Of a stretch of DNA of 64,000 nt, positions 48,851 to 60,000 are shown one piece after another. Source of the DNA: Bdellovibrionota bacterium (GTDB lineage: Bacteria; Bdellovibrionota; UBA1018; CAIPTA01; JAALKR01); NCBI GenBank assembly GCA_965207455.1, contig CBDBMJ010000001.1:1728001-1792000 (forward strand), written 5' to 3'. Under the pieces are notes generated by a model, which saw only the letters and a program-made list of their open reading frames with translations, was not told the DNA's origin and ran no database searches. Position numbers and translations under genes: made by a program. Each line of letters starts with the position of its first letter. Position 1 is the first letter of the stretch.

Positions 48851-49906
48851 TTATTTTTCTAAAATTTCTTTTATAGTATCATCTGGAATATCAAATTTTG
48901 TTTTTAATCTGTCTGACAGTTCATTCATTATACTTTTAACTCTAGCTGGATTTTTATTCTTATGCTCTCTAATATAATCATTTACCTCTGAGATTATTTT
49001 TTTCGGCAAATTATTGCTAATATTGATACCCACCAAACCTGTAAATACCGAATCAAAAGTATCTTTAATTCTTCTTGCGTTTGGCGAGAAAGAAATATAA
49101 TTATACAAAAAGTCAGGTCTCATGCAACAACCTTTTTTATACTTTTCGTCCAAAACATTTAAGGCAGTCTTTTGAGTAAGGGTATCCTTTGATAGCCACC
49201 ATGTCTTATAACCAAAAACATTTTTGTTAGATATCTCATTATTTTTTTCTCTCCTATGATATATTTCTATAAATAATTTTGAGTCATGCCTAGCTTGATT
49301 TTCCCGCCTATTATTTCCTATTAATTTCTCACAAAGAGTTTCTACGCTCTCATTTTCTTTCTCATCAAATTCAGGTTTAGTGCTCAAATATAAAATACCA
49401 AACGTCTCTTCAAGCCAAGTGATTATATCCTCTTTAGCATTCTCCAAAGATGGGCTGACAAACTCATCAAGATATTCTTCAAAGCTTCTAACCTTCCCGT
49501 CGCACTTGGCATAGAAATATGCGCGTATTAAAATATGATCGATATACTGTATAAGCATCTTATTCTCAAGAAAAATATCTTCACAATCAAAGTATTCTTC
49601 TTTATATTCTTTCTTTATATACACTAAATGATTTATCAACTCATTTAGAATACCTTCATTAATGAGCAGCTCAACACCCAGTGTATTGGACTGAGATAAA
49701 AGGTTTGAATGTCTTCGACTTTCCTCTTCCAAAAAACATTCGGATAAAACAGGCACTAGAATTGATGTGCATACATATAATTTTAACTCAGAAGCCATTC
49801 TTTGAAAATAAGCGGACACTTTAGGATCGCATTGAAGCATAAATAGCATTAAATAAGTCTTTGAAAGCTTAGTAAGAAAAAGCTTTTGTCGCTTGCTGCC
49901 CTTATA
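48851..49906 (-). pseudogene. IS21-interrupted hypothetical protein, 3' part (possible PIN-like domain)
   Basis: YKGSKRQKLFL...LYVCTSILVPVLSE...ARHDSK...WWLSKD; an in-frame 5' part lies at 52547-52473. Confidence 0.7.
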
Positions 49907-49923
49907 TGTCCGATAGCATGAAA

Positions 49924-50100
49924 GTATACCAGGGGATTCGCACTGAGGTATACCACCAGATTCGCATTGAGGTATACCACCGGATTCGCACGGTGGTATA
50001 CCACTAGATTCGCACGCCGGTATACCACCGGATTCGCACGCCGGTATACCACCGGATTCGCACGCCGGTATACCACCAGATTCGCACGGTAGTATACCAC
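49924..50100 (+). repeat. Seven and a partial 24-bp tandem repeats at the IS21 left end
   Basis: GTATACCACCRGATTCGCACGCCG-type units starting at 49924, 49948, 49972, 49996, 50020, 50044, 50068, 50092. Confidence 0.92.
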
Positions 50101-50173
50101 TTGCGACCGGATGGGCCATAATCTCAAAAAATGTAAGATGCTCCCTTTAACTAAATTTTTAAAGGAGGTTTTT

Positions 50174-51640
50174 ATGAAAGTGAGAAGGAAGTCTATGGCA
50201 ATGCAGGAACAAATTATTTATTTAAGAGGTAAGGGTCTATCACAAAGAGAGATCGCTAGGAACCTAAGAATCAACCGGAAGACAGTCTGTGCCTATTGGA
50301 ATAGCAAGGCTGCGATGCCTAGTGAACAGGCACCAGAGTGGACAAAGCAGTTTGACTGGGAATACATCGGCGATGAAATTCAGAAAAGAGTTCCGATAAA
50401 GACACTCTATGAGGAGTTATCCGTGACGAAAAAGATGCCTTCTTATTCGTCCTTTTGTCGGTTCTGCTCTAAGAAAGTAGGTGGCAAAAAATGCGATATA
50501 ACGATCAGAGTGCCAAGGAGTCCGGGTGAGAGTGTAGAGACCGATTACTCTGGAAAAAGCATTCCTATACTTGTTCCCTCCACAGGAGAGCTGGAGTCCA
50601 CTGAGCTGTTTGTCGGAACCATGTCCTATAGTGGTAAGATATATGCTGAATTTACTCCATCCCAAAAAATGGAGGATTGGATTGCATCCCACAATAGGAT
50701 GTTTACCTTCTTTGGTGGAGTCCCTAAATTTGAAATTACCGACAATTTAAAGGCTGCTGTGACAAAGACTCATCGCTATGATCCAGAAATTAATCGAACC
50801 TTTAACGATATGGCAAAACACTATGGACTGGCTATTGATCCAGCAGATAAAGCGTCTCCCAAGCAAAAGCCCAATGTGGAAAAGGCAGTGCATGTTATTC
50901 AACAAGGCTTTTTTCCAAGGATAAGAAATAAAACATTCACCTCTATCCATCAACTGAATAAATGTCTATGGGAGTACTTAAAGGAAAAAAACGCTGCGGT
51001 AATGAAGGATCGTGGTCGGTCAAGAGATGCTTTCTTTGAAGAGGAAAAGCAACTTCTATCGCCCCTGCCACCTGACTCCTACGATATTTACTACTGGAAG
51101 AAAGCCAAGGTTCACCCCGATTGTTGCTTTCAGTTGCAGAAGAACTTTTATTCTGTACCTTATCGGTATGCGGGTAAAGAGGTAGAACTAAAATTCAACT
51201 CTAAAATGGTTTATGTATTTTTTGAGACCGAGCAAATCAAATGCCATCGTATATCTCTCCCTGGAAAAGGGTATTTTATTATTGATGGCAAGGACTATCC
51301 AGAAAAGAAGTTTGTTCATACAAACAATCAAATCCAATATGTTCTGGAGAAAGCAAGGCGTATTGGTGAGAATACTCATGGGCTAATAGAGTTGCTTATA
51401 GATATGCCTCGCTTTCCTCTGAAAAATCTCAGGAAGATGCAAGGAATTATTGATTTGAGAAAGAAATATTCATCGGAGGCGATGGAGTATGCAAGCAAGT
51501 CCGCACTGGAACTAAGGAAATATAATTACAACTTCATTAAGTCATGCGCAAAAAATTATCGAGAGCCAGAGAATGATCAGAGACATCTCCCACCCAACAG
51601 ACAATCCGATTTTACCTGCTTACAAGGAGAACAACTATGA
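50174..51640 (+). CDS. istA: IS21 transposase IstA
   Basis: N-terminal HTH, PGESVETDY, FFGGVP...DNLKAAV, KPNVE, YSVPY; GGAGG RBS. Confidence 0.93.
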   Translation: MKVRRKSMAMQEQIIYLRGKGLSQREIARNLRINRKTVCAYWNSKAAMPSEQAPEWTKQFDWEYIGDEIQKRVPIKTLYEELSVTKKMPSYSSFCRFCSKKVGGKKCDITIRVPRSPGESVETDYSGKSIPILVPSTGELESTELFVGTMSYSGKIYAEFTPSQKMEDWIASHNRMFTFFGGVPKFEITDNLKAAVTKTHRYDPEINRTFNDMAKHYGLAIDPADKASPKQKPNVEKAVHVIQQGFFPRIRNKTFTSIHQLNKCLWEYLKEKNAAVMKDRGRSRDAFFEEEKQLLSPLPPDSYDIYYWKKAKVHPDCCFQLQKNFYSVPYRYAGKEVELKFNSKMVYVFFETEQIKCHRISLPGKGYFIIDGKDYPEKKFVHTNNQIQYVLEKARRIGENTHGLIELLIDMPRFPLKNLRKMQGIIDLRKKYSSEAMEYASKSALELRKYNYNFIKSCAKNYREPENDQRHLPPNRQSDFTCLQGEQL

Positions 51641-52389
51641 GCAATCATTATCAAGAGCTATTGAAAGAACTTAAATTAAGTGGAATGGAGGAATCCATTG
51701 AATACAGGATAGAGGAAGCAACAGAGAGCAATTTAGATTTTAATGAATTTATTTGTTTGCTCTTAGAGGACGAAAAGCTCTACCGAAAAAATCGCCGATC
51801 TGCAAGTCTGAGAAAAAAGGCAAGATTTAATAATAATGCTGCACTAGAAGAATTTAATGTTTATTTAGAAAGAGGAATCACCCGATCGATGATTAAAAAA
51901 CTGGCAACCCTTAACTTTATGAGGGAAGGAGAAAATATTATATTTATTGGTGGCACTGGGACAGGCAAAAGCTACCTTGCCCAGGCATTAGGGCATAAGA
52001 GCTGTGCCCATGGCTCTGAGGCTCTCTATTTGCCCGTTAATGTGCTTTTTAAGCGCATTCAAGAGGCAGAGGTTAACGGAAGCTACCTTAGGTTACTTGA
52101 ACGCATGAAAAAGGCTAAGCTAATCATACTAGATGACTTTGGACTTAGGAACTACTCCCACAAGGAAGCACTGGCACTATATGACCTGCTGGAAGACTCC
52201 TACAGAAAGCGCTCAATGGTCATTACTTCTCAAATTAAACCTAAAGGCTGGCAAAACTTGTTTGAAGATGCCGTTATCGCAGAAGCTATAATTGATAGGA
52301 TAACGTCCTGTGCCCATACCATTGAGATCACCGGGCCATCTTACCGAAAGAAGCATAGCCCCAAAGAAAGGATTGATTATAGGAAATAG
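51637..52389 (+). CDS. istB: IS21 helper ATPase IstB
   Basis: GGTGTGKSYLA, LIILDDFG, ITSQ, AIIDRI, GPSYR. Confidence 0.94.
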   Translation: MSNHYQELLKELKLSGMEESIEYRIEEATESNLDFNEFICLLLEDEKLYRKNRRSASLRKKARFNNNAALEEFNVYLERGITRSMIKKLATLNFMREGENIIFIGGTGTGKSYLAQALGHKSCAHGSEALYLPVNVLFKRIQEAEVNGSYLRLLERMKKAKLIILDDFGLRNYSHKEALALYDLLEDSYRKRSMVITSQIKPKGWQNLFEDAVIAEAIIDRITSCAHTIEITGPSYRKKHSPKERIDYRK

Positions 52390-52647
52390 TTAGTGTAAAA
52401 GTATTCAAATTGGGATTTTGACCCGGTTCATTAAAGTGCGAATCCCCTAGTATACTATCGTGCGAACGAACATTTATACCAAGTAAAATAAATATATTTA
52501 AACAATAACCACATATCAATAACTTCTATTTGTTGAATCAAAATCATAGACCAACCTTTTCAGGTCGAGTTTATTAAAATTAGGTTTTACATATAATATC
52601 TGCCGCCCTCTGAGATGTACTCTAGTGCTTAGATCGCCAGATTACAC

Positions 52648-53442
52648 TTAAGGTGTACTTTTTTCTTGCAATAATAAATAAAATCTCTGCAAAAAATCTT
52701 CCTTTGAAATACCATTTCGTTTTATTTGAATTGCATATTTAAAAGTAGTGCAGGGTCCGGTAAGATCATTTTGATTAAGTCTTTCTCCACTTTTAAATAA
52801 TTTATTAAATAAATCACCTTCCAGTTGACGCAAATCCATCAAATGGTCTATGTGGTCTAAGCCAATTAAAAAAATGCAAAGTGCGATCTTATATAACTCA
52901 TTACTAAGTGCTCTAAGCATATGTGATCCCATATTCATACTGTTTAATTTTTCAGATGTCAAATCTCCTTCTAAAAAACAGAGTTTATCGTTTTTTATAT
53001 TTAATTCAACGACGGAATTGGTCATGCTTCTATTCATATATGCCTGTAAGTATTTTTCTAAGGCATAGAAATTGCCATGAATAATTAAATTGCGCAACTC
53101 CTGAAAAATTTGAATCTGTCCGTTAAAGTGCGGGTGTTCTTCTTCAAAGTTTCTTTTAAGATTGTCAAGTTTTTTATATCGCACTATTATTTTTCCCTCA
53201 TGGTCCTTGTAATCAAAAGATTTAATTTTAACTAAACCACAAAGATTTCTAAATCGAAATTCCCAGATTGCCGCTATTTTAACTAAGTCATAAAAGCATT
53301 TCTGCTGATCTCCATGTGAACTCATATTTATGGTAGTTATCTCGATGGATTTTAATATACCGGAAAGATTTTTTAGTATTTCATTTATTTTTTCAGGAGA
53401 TTTGAGGTTTTCTGGCTTCAGTGCATACATTATTTTTTCCAT
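52648..53442 (-). CDS. Hypothetical protein with a HEPN-like Rx4H motif
   Basis: WEFRFRNL upstream and ELRNLIIHGNF. Confidence 0.55.
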   Translation of the reverse strand: MEKIMYALKPENLKSPEKINEILKNLSGILKSIEITTINMSSHGDQQKCFYDLVKIAAIWEFRFRNLCGLVKIKSFDYKDHEGKIIVRYKKLDNLKRNFEEEHPHFNGQIQIFQELRNLIIHGNFYALEKYLQAYMNRSMTNSVVELNIKNDKLCFLEGDLTSEKLNSMNMGSHMLRALSNELYKIALCIFLIGLDHIDHLMDLRQLEGDLFNKLFKSGERLNQNDLTGPCTTFKYAIQIKRNGISKEDFLQRFYLLLQEKSTP

Positions 53443-53515
53443 ATGAAAAATCCAACTAAATATTTATCTTGCGGACTAATTTTTTGTTTTGTTAAATATT
53501 AAATACTTTCTGCAT

Positions 53516-54523
53516 TTATTTGTCGCCTAAAGTATTGTCTCTTAACTTTCTTGCCAAAGCCACGCTTGGCAAAATAGAAGTTACCGACTCTTGATTTTTA
53601 AGGTAACCAGACGGTGGCAATGAAAAGATAGTATAGCTTGCTTGTTGCAAAATAACATCTTTTACATCTTCATTATCTGCAGCATCAACAAATGTTTTAA
53701 AAGTTGAAAGTGCTTTTGATTTATCTCCATTTGTAACAGCTAAGTGTTGATTTGAGTTATATTGTTTTACAAAGAAATATAAAACGTAAACTAGAAGAAA
53801 AAAACAAGCTGTTATGCCAATTTCAATATACCCAAGACTAGGTATTATTCCCGAATAATCTGTTGATAAATGATATGTGCAAGCAATGGTATAAGCAAGC
53901 AATACAGAAAAAGTACCAATAGAAAAATTCAGCCATTTTTTAGCTAGCGCCGCATGTTTTTTTTCAGCATTGCTGTAATAGATTGAGTTTTGAGAAACGC
54001 CTGCCTCAGCAGCAATAGTTCTCATTGAATCAATTATTTTATTAGATTCCGTTTTATTTTTTTCTAGCTGTTTTTGGAATTCTTTAGCATTATCTTGGAT
54101 TTCTTTTATTAGTTTATCTGAATATTTTTTAGCCTCCTTAAGATCAGTCCCTAGTTTAGTAGAGAACGATATAATTGGTGCAAGCTCATTAAAACAATGA
54201 CTGTATTGACTCCGGATCTTTGAAACAATAGCATTTTTTTCGTTTTGAATGTCTGCTGTAGATTCTATGTCAATTTTCAAAGCACGATCAATATAATCTT
54301 TAAAAAAAACAGCCCAACTTGAAATTGTATTCAAATTTTCTGAAGGAATTCTATTAAGATTACATTTCTGAATATCTTCAAAAATTTCAAACATCAACTC
54401 AAAATCTTTTTTTTCTTCTTCATTTCTTCCAAAGCTCAATTTTCCAAGCCTATCATTTTCGTAAAGTTCCTCTCTATTTATATTAAGAATTTCTTTTATT
54501 TGTGATTCTATCGCTGTTTTCAT
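53516..54523 (-). CDS. Coiled-coil protein with two C-terminal TM helices
   Basis: Heptad-rich middle region, two hydrophobic segments, ALSTFKTFV tail. Confidence 0.65.
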   Translation of the reverse strand: MKTAIESQIKEILNINREELYENDRLGKLSFGRNEEEKKDFELMFEIFEDIQKCNLNRIPSENLNTISSWAVFFKDYIDRALKIDIESTADIQNEKNAIVSKIRSQYSHCFNELAPIISFSTKLGTDLKEAKKYSDKLIKEIQDNAKEFQKQLEKNKTESNKIIDSMRTIAAEAGVSQNSIYYSNAEKKHAALAKKWLNFSIGTFSVLLAYTIACTYHLSTDYSGIIPSLGYIEIGITACFFLLVYVLYFFVKQYNSNQHLAVTNGDKSKALSTFKTFVDAADNEDVKDVILQQASYTIFSLPPSGYLKNQESVTSILPSVALARKLRDNTLGDK

Positions 54524-55373
54524 AATTATAAGAATACCTTTCTTGTAGATTAAAATTTTTCAGAAATTAATAAATATCTTTCTATCCAAATATTTTTATT
54601 TACTGAACGTTTGGTTTCATTAATGCTCGTTGTATCCATAGTATCGCCAATCAGCTCAACACAATGAGGGGTGAGAGTACTACCTTATATCACTGAACAG
54701 GAAGTAATGCAAAAAAATTATAGCCCCTACAAAAACTTACTCTCCCAATCTTAAGACGATTTTTCTGCCTTAAATATATTTCATTTTCTAAGTGGGAAGG
54801 AAATGAGCCTCTGCGAAAGAGCGGAGCGCACGAATGTGCAGTATGAAAACTAGAGCTAACATCGCACTAGCGCCATATATGAAACTCTGAGTGGTGCTGT
54901 AACTTTATTTCATACCTTTAAAACAGCGCCAAGACCAATCCCGGCCTCCAGCCCCGCCTCCTTTACGCAGCAATCCCAGCGGCAGCATTAGCAGCCTCAG
55001 CATCACCAATCCCGTCCCGGTCTCCAGCCCCTCGCTCCCTTTGCGCAGCGACTCTATCGGTATAACTACACAGGGAAAATGTCGGCACAGGTGCGTCAGA
55101 AGAGGTGTGTTTGATTTCTAGTAAAGTGGGGGTTTTCAGGGCAGTGTGTACAGTTATTTTCTATCTCTGGGGAAGGCTATGTTCTGCCTCTAGCGGTCTC
55201 TTTTCTTTTTTGAGGGTTACGGGGGGTGTGGGTATCTTTTTAAGGTGGGGGGGTGTGTTTACGTTAGGAGATACAGCACGGCTGGTCTCTCTTGCAGTTG
55301 GGTTACATTGTTTTATTGATTGGGTTTGGGGCAGGGGTTTTTCTTTAGGTGGATGGAGTTCTAGTTCTCATGA

Positions 55374-55744
55374 GGCTCTCCGGGTCATTTCTTATTTGGT
55401 TCCTGAGGATCGTTCCGACAGAGTTCAAGGAACACATCTCCGCTTCTTTCCTATAAACGTACAGGGTCTGTTTTCGTTCCCCTCTCCGACGAGGACTGTT
55501 TTATAGCTTCTTAAGATTTCCTAGGTGAGTTTTCACACAGGTAAGGTACTTTGTTCTATTGTTTTTTTACTTCATAAAATTTTCATTCCTCTTACCGACC
55601 CTTTCAGATCATTTCTTGTTTGGCTCCTGAGAATCATTCCGACACTTCCCAAGAACACACCTCCGCTTCTTTCCTGATTAGGAGTTAAGCGTTTAGCGTA
55701 CGAGGTTTGTTTTGGTCCCTTCGACGACGACGACTGTTTTTACG
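55374..55744. repeat. Island spacer repeat, copy 10 (two tandem units, period ~230 nt)
   Basis: Cores at ~55382 and ~55608, each followed by CGCTTCTTTCCT...CGAC modules. Confidence 0.88.
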
Positions 55745-55746
55745 AC

Positions 55747-55971
55747 TTAGTATTCAAATTTATAAACATACCATATCTCGTTTTCATCCCCACCACCACC
55801 AGCAGCAGAAATACATCCATGCTGTTGAGCAAGGACATTCTCTGCTGCTTGAGCGACGACTTTTGATTCAAAGTAGCCTAGGATGGTCCAATTTTTAAGG
55901 TTTGGGTACTGTTTTTCCCAGTATTCTTTGCGACCTTCAGGATCAGTTGTCATGCCTACTTTACAAGCCAA
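55747..55971 (-). CDS. 74-aa GIY-YIG-like mini-protein, copy 2 (TTG start)
   Basis: CKVGMTTDPEGRKEYWEKQYPNLKNW...AQAAEN; colinear with 28555..28779. Confidence 0.6.
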   Translation of the reverse strand: MACKVGMTTDPEGRKEYWEKQYPNLKNWTILGYFESKVVAQAAENVLAQQHGCISAAGGGGDENEIWYVYKFEY

Positions 55972-56035
55972 GTTCAGTCATTTCCCTTCTACTTAGATGA
56001 TAGGGCGTAGCTTAAATTTGTCAAGGATGTCAGCT

Positions 56036-56199
56036 TTCTCGCTCCGACCTTTCACAAAGACAAAGTTACTTCTTCTCACTGATAGCCCTAAGGGCGCTTG
56101 TTTGTTCTTGTTTGGGTCCTGAGAATCCTTCCGACATACCTCAAGGAACACACCGACGATTCATAACCTTACTTATTGGATTCCCGCTGTAACCTTCCT
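56036..56199. repeat. Island spacer repeat, copy 11
   Basis: CTCGCTCCGACCTTTCACAAAGACAAAG module plus core TTGGGTCCTGAGAATCCTTCCGACA...GGATTCCCGCTGTAA. Confidence 0.88.
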
Positions 56200-56306
56200 T
56201 TTATTTTATTGATGGAAACAGGTAAATCCACTAATATAAAATCAGAATATGAAGAAATCGAATTTTTTAACTAAAGGATTAAATACTTTTTGTCGACAGG
56301 CATAAC

Positions 56307-57014
56307 ATGAGTTCAGATAACACTGGGAAAGAGAAGATTAAACTCAAGGCGGAATGCTTTTTTTCTTCTCCCATCCATTCCTTCATAGAAAAATTCATTT
56401 TTTGCCGTTGGCAATACTTTAAAAATAATGGTCGGTCGAATTTTTTAATTTTCCGTGCATTTTTTTCTTTTTTATCCATTTTATTACTTTCATTTCTTCT
56501 CCTTTATATTCCCTACTATTTTTTTTCTCAATGCCCTAAGCTCTCGTGCGAAAGGACGGGAAGTATTACTTTTAAAGAAATTTTTATTTTTTTATTGAGC
56601 GGCTTCTCCTTAATTTATTGGAATATGGGAAACCTTGTTCATAAGAAATGGGAATACTGTGCCAATTTATATAATAAAACTCTTGAATCGAGATGCAGAG
56701 AATCTCGAGCAATGCCGTTAAATGCACTCGCCATAGACATATTGACTCTCGATCTTTGGGCAACTCGTTCATTTAAAGCATTATTCTACGATGAGTTGAC
56801 GTTATCAATAGAATGTTTGTATGGGAAGTCAGACCCTAGCTATGGAAAAGAGATTAGACGTAAAGCTAAAATGGGAGAACTTTCAGAAGAAGATGCTCTT
56901 GTGCTTTTAGAAAGAAGACAGAATAAACTTTTAAATGAAAGGTTTCCTAGAAAAACCCCTTCCAAGGATTCCTCATCCTCCAAAGCTGATAGCGAATCAA
57001 AAAAAACCTCTTAA
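56307..57014 (+). CDS. Hypothetical membrane protein (two TMs)
   Basis: 235-aa ORF with two hydrophobic segments. Confidence 0.6.
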   Translation: MSSDNTGKEKIKLKAECFFSSPIHSFIEKFIFCRWQYFKNNGRSNFLIFRAFFSFLSILLLSFLLLYIPYYFFSQCPKLSCERTGSITFKEIFIFLLSGFSLIYWNMGNLVHKKWEYCANLYNKTLESRCRESRAMPLNALAIDILTLDLWATRSFKALFYDELTLSIECLYGKSDPSYGKEIRRKAKMGELSEEDALVLLERRQNKLLNERFPRKTPSKDSSSSKADSESKKTS

Positions 57015-57060
57015 AGATAGAGATTGAGGCTCTCCATTCATCCGCTTCCCAGAAGAAAAC

Positions 57061-60000
57061 TTAATTTTGACTAAACTGGTATTTAGAGTCTCTATTATCA
57101 AACGCCGGTCTAGTTCCTTCAAGAATGTTTATTATTTTTTCATTAATTTCAGGATTCTCGATTGATCCAGAGTCATACTTAACTGCATTTCCATTGGTTT
57201 TATCTATGGAGGCAACGATAACTTGTTCCGCATCACACACGACCGCTAAGTTTGGGTTATGTGTGACGAGAAGGATCTGACGATTCTTTTTAGCATGCTT
57301 AATGCATGGGACTAGAACCTTATAAATCGTCTGATTGTCTAAATTTTCTTCCGGCTGATCGATTACAAGAGGACGGTCATCTTTATCTATCATAAAATAA
57401 AAAATAAAAAGTAAAGTTCCGCGTTCACCTGGGGAAAGTTGATCCAAGGATTTATTATTTAATTTAAGAGAATAACGTGGAGACAAGTAATCCAAAGAAA
57501 AAATAAATTTGTATATTTCAAAAACTTTTGAATCTTTTACTTGAGAAAAAACTGATACGGGTTGCTTTCTTTCATCTCTACAATCAGATTTCAAACTTGT
57601 TAGAATTTTTCTCGTAAATTCTCCCACATCATCAGCATCATTAAAGTTATATTGGTCAAATATTTTAGCTATTTGCCCTTCACTTTCCTCTACGCCAAAA
57701 AAAGTTCCGGCACGCCCTCTATTTATATATTTAAAGAATCTCTCTTTAAAGGCAACGTTAGTGATAGAAACATCAAATACTATATTGAATTCTTCATCAC
57801 CAAAGGGATTATTTCTAATGAAATCTTGAACGGGCATATAGAACTCGATATAAATATCTGCAAGTCCCTTTATTTTAGAAAATATATTTTTAACTAATGA
57901 ATCTCGCTGCTCTTCTAGATTCTTGTTTTTTTCTGGAATATTTCTAATTTCTGTAAGACCGAATTCCAGATAAGAAATGCTTCCCACTTTCTTTTCATCA
58001 CCCATAATTGCAGAATGAATACCATTCCAAGATTCAATTTCTTCTAAATATTTCTGATACTTTTTGTTAGGTTCATCAATAGACTCAGAAATTTCTTCAA
58101 TTCTCAATCGAATCTTATGTCTTACTCCCATTAACCCATTTTTGTTTTCAGGATTTAGCTCTATTTGTATTTTTTCTATAGATTCATCTATAGCGGACAA
58201 AGCATCTTCGATTGGCTTTTTATCTAAATAAAATGAAAAAATATCATTAATATTTAATCCTAAATCGAAAACAGCCTGCTTAATTTTAGAAATAGATTGC
58301 TTATATTTACTTTCTATCAAATCTGATTGCGAAATAACTTTCTCAGCAAGAGCTTTGCGTTTCTGTGCATCCTCCAACCCCCTGCCTTGTCGCGCCATTT
58401 CTGCTGACAAACTCTGTTCTTCCACTTGTTTTTGATTTAATTCTACAACTAAGCTCGAGGAAGATTCGGTAGGATCCGGTCTCAAGCACTCTGAAGGTTT
58501 ATTTTTTAAATGCGCATTTAACTCATCTTTCTTGGAAGAAAGTTGATTTATTACTCCTCGTTTGTATTCATCAGTTAGTTTTTCTTCATTTGACAGTATT
58601 TCCTCCAAGACAGGGGCAAGTCTCCCCCTCAGCAGCTCTACTTCTTCATTTATTTCTTCCGTTTTGTAAGAAATCAACTCATCAAGAGTCCTATATCCAA
58701 GCCTCTTATCTTCATCTATATGTGAAAAAATTACTGTTTTGAGTTCTTTGTCAAATAATTTTTTCTCTGAATTTACTTCGTTACATAGCTGCTCTAAATA
58801 ATTTTGTGGAATATATTTGATTGTTTCAACGGATGACGGATCTACTGATTCTGACAAGAATTTACTCGAGGTATCTGCACTAACCCAATGAAGGTTTGCA
58901 TAAAATTTATTTGCTCTCAATCCCTGTTTTTCTCTAAATTTTTTTTCATTTAAAAATGAAAAAGCCGCTTCCAATCTTGTATTTCCTAGGAGACCAACAA
59001 TATCAACAAATGCACTTTTTCCTGAACCTTTATTACCGATAATAGCAATGAGCTCGGAGTTTAGTTCAATTGTGTTATCAAACCAAGATTCATCAATCTG
59101 TTCATCTTTTTTTCTCTTTATTTCAATTTTTGAAATAAACTTTGTTGCTTTGGATGAAATCATTTTGAGTTTACTTGGAGTTTCACCAATATAAGTTCGC
59201 CCTTCAGGCTCAAACAGGGTTTGCTTAAGACCAAGAAAGCAGGGGTCAGCTTTGATCCAAGTAGCTTTTCCCGAAGGGTAAATACCGTAGTCAGAAATTT
59301 TATGCGCATCAGACCCACTAACCACTGGTTTAGGATGACCGCCAATATTCTTTAAAAATTGATCAATAAAAGAATTATTTTCGGTAGTACGCTTCCCTAA
59401 AAAGAGGTTAATATTATTCTTATTACGTGCTTCAAAAATATCTGCTTTCTTCAAAAAATAGTAATCCTCATTTGGATGGATTTCCCAATTTAATTTAGAA
59501 ATACCATTAGATGTGTCATAGGGTAAAATAATTAAACATTTTTCTTTTGTTAGATCTTGGACGGAATCAAATAAGGATTGATAAGTGATTTTAATAGTTT
59601 TAATTCCAAGTTCAAACGCTGCTTTATCACAATTTTTATAATCCATTGTACCGATAACTGCTTTTGCTTTATCTTCTGGAAGCGCTTTTCCTGCTGCAAT
59701 AATTGCTTCATCTGAAAGAGGACGATCTAAACCACCAATAATTAGCTTTGATTTAAAATCAGATAACTCCTGATCTGTAACCTGTTCTGAAAATATTACA
59801 TGTATGTTCAATCGAAATTTGACAGGTGCCTCAACGCGAAGCTCTATTCCCGGAAGTAATGTTTTGCTCAAGGTCGCATCACTTTCTTTTACAAATTTTC
59901 GAATATTTAGAACTCCATCAAATGTGAAATAATCCATAATAGAAAATACTGCTATATCACTTGAATTAATTTTATCAACGATCTTCCATGCAGATTTATT

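Larger units (their letters stand above)
49907..52472 (+). mobile_element. IS21-family insertion sequence
   Basis: TG...CA ends; 37-bp imperfect IRs (left TGTCCGATAGCATGAAAGTATACCAGGGGATTCGCAC; right reverse complement TGTTCGTTCGCACGATAGTATACTAGGGGATTCGCAC); flanks CTTATA/TTTATA; istA-istB. Confidence 0.93.

Noticed and set aside
49924..50100. 24-bp repeats as a CRISPR array
   Set aside because: Units are head-to-tail with no unique spacers, match the IS21 inverted repeat, and there are no cas genes.
49907..50127. ESGGIPAC-repeat N-terminus of ORF 48851..50119 and ORF 49849..50127
   Set aside because: Artefacts of translating the IS21 end array, whose 24-bp period keeps frames open.
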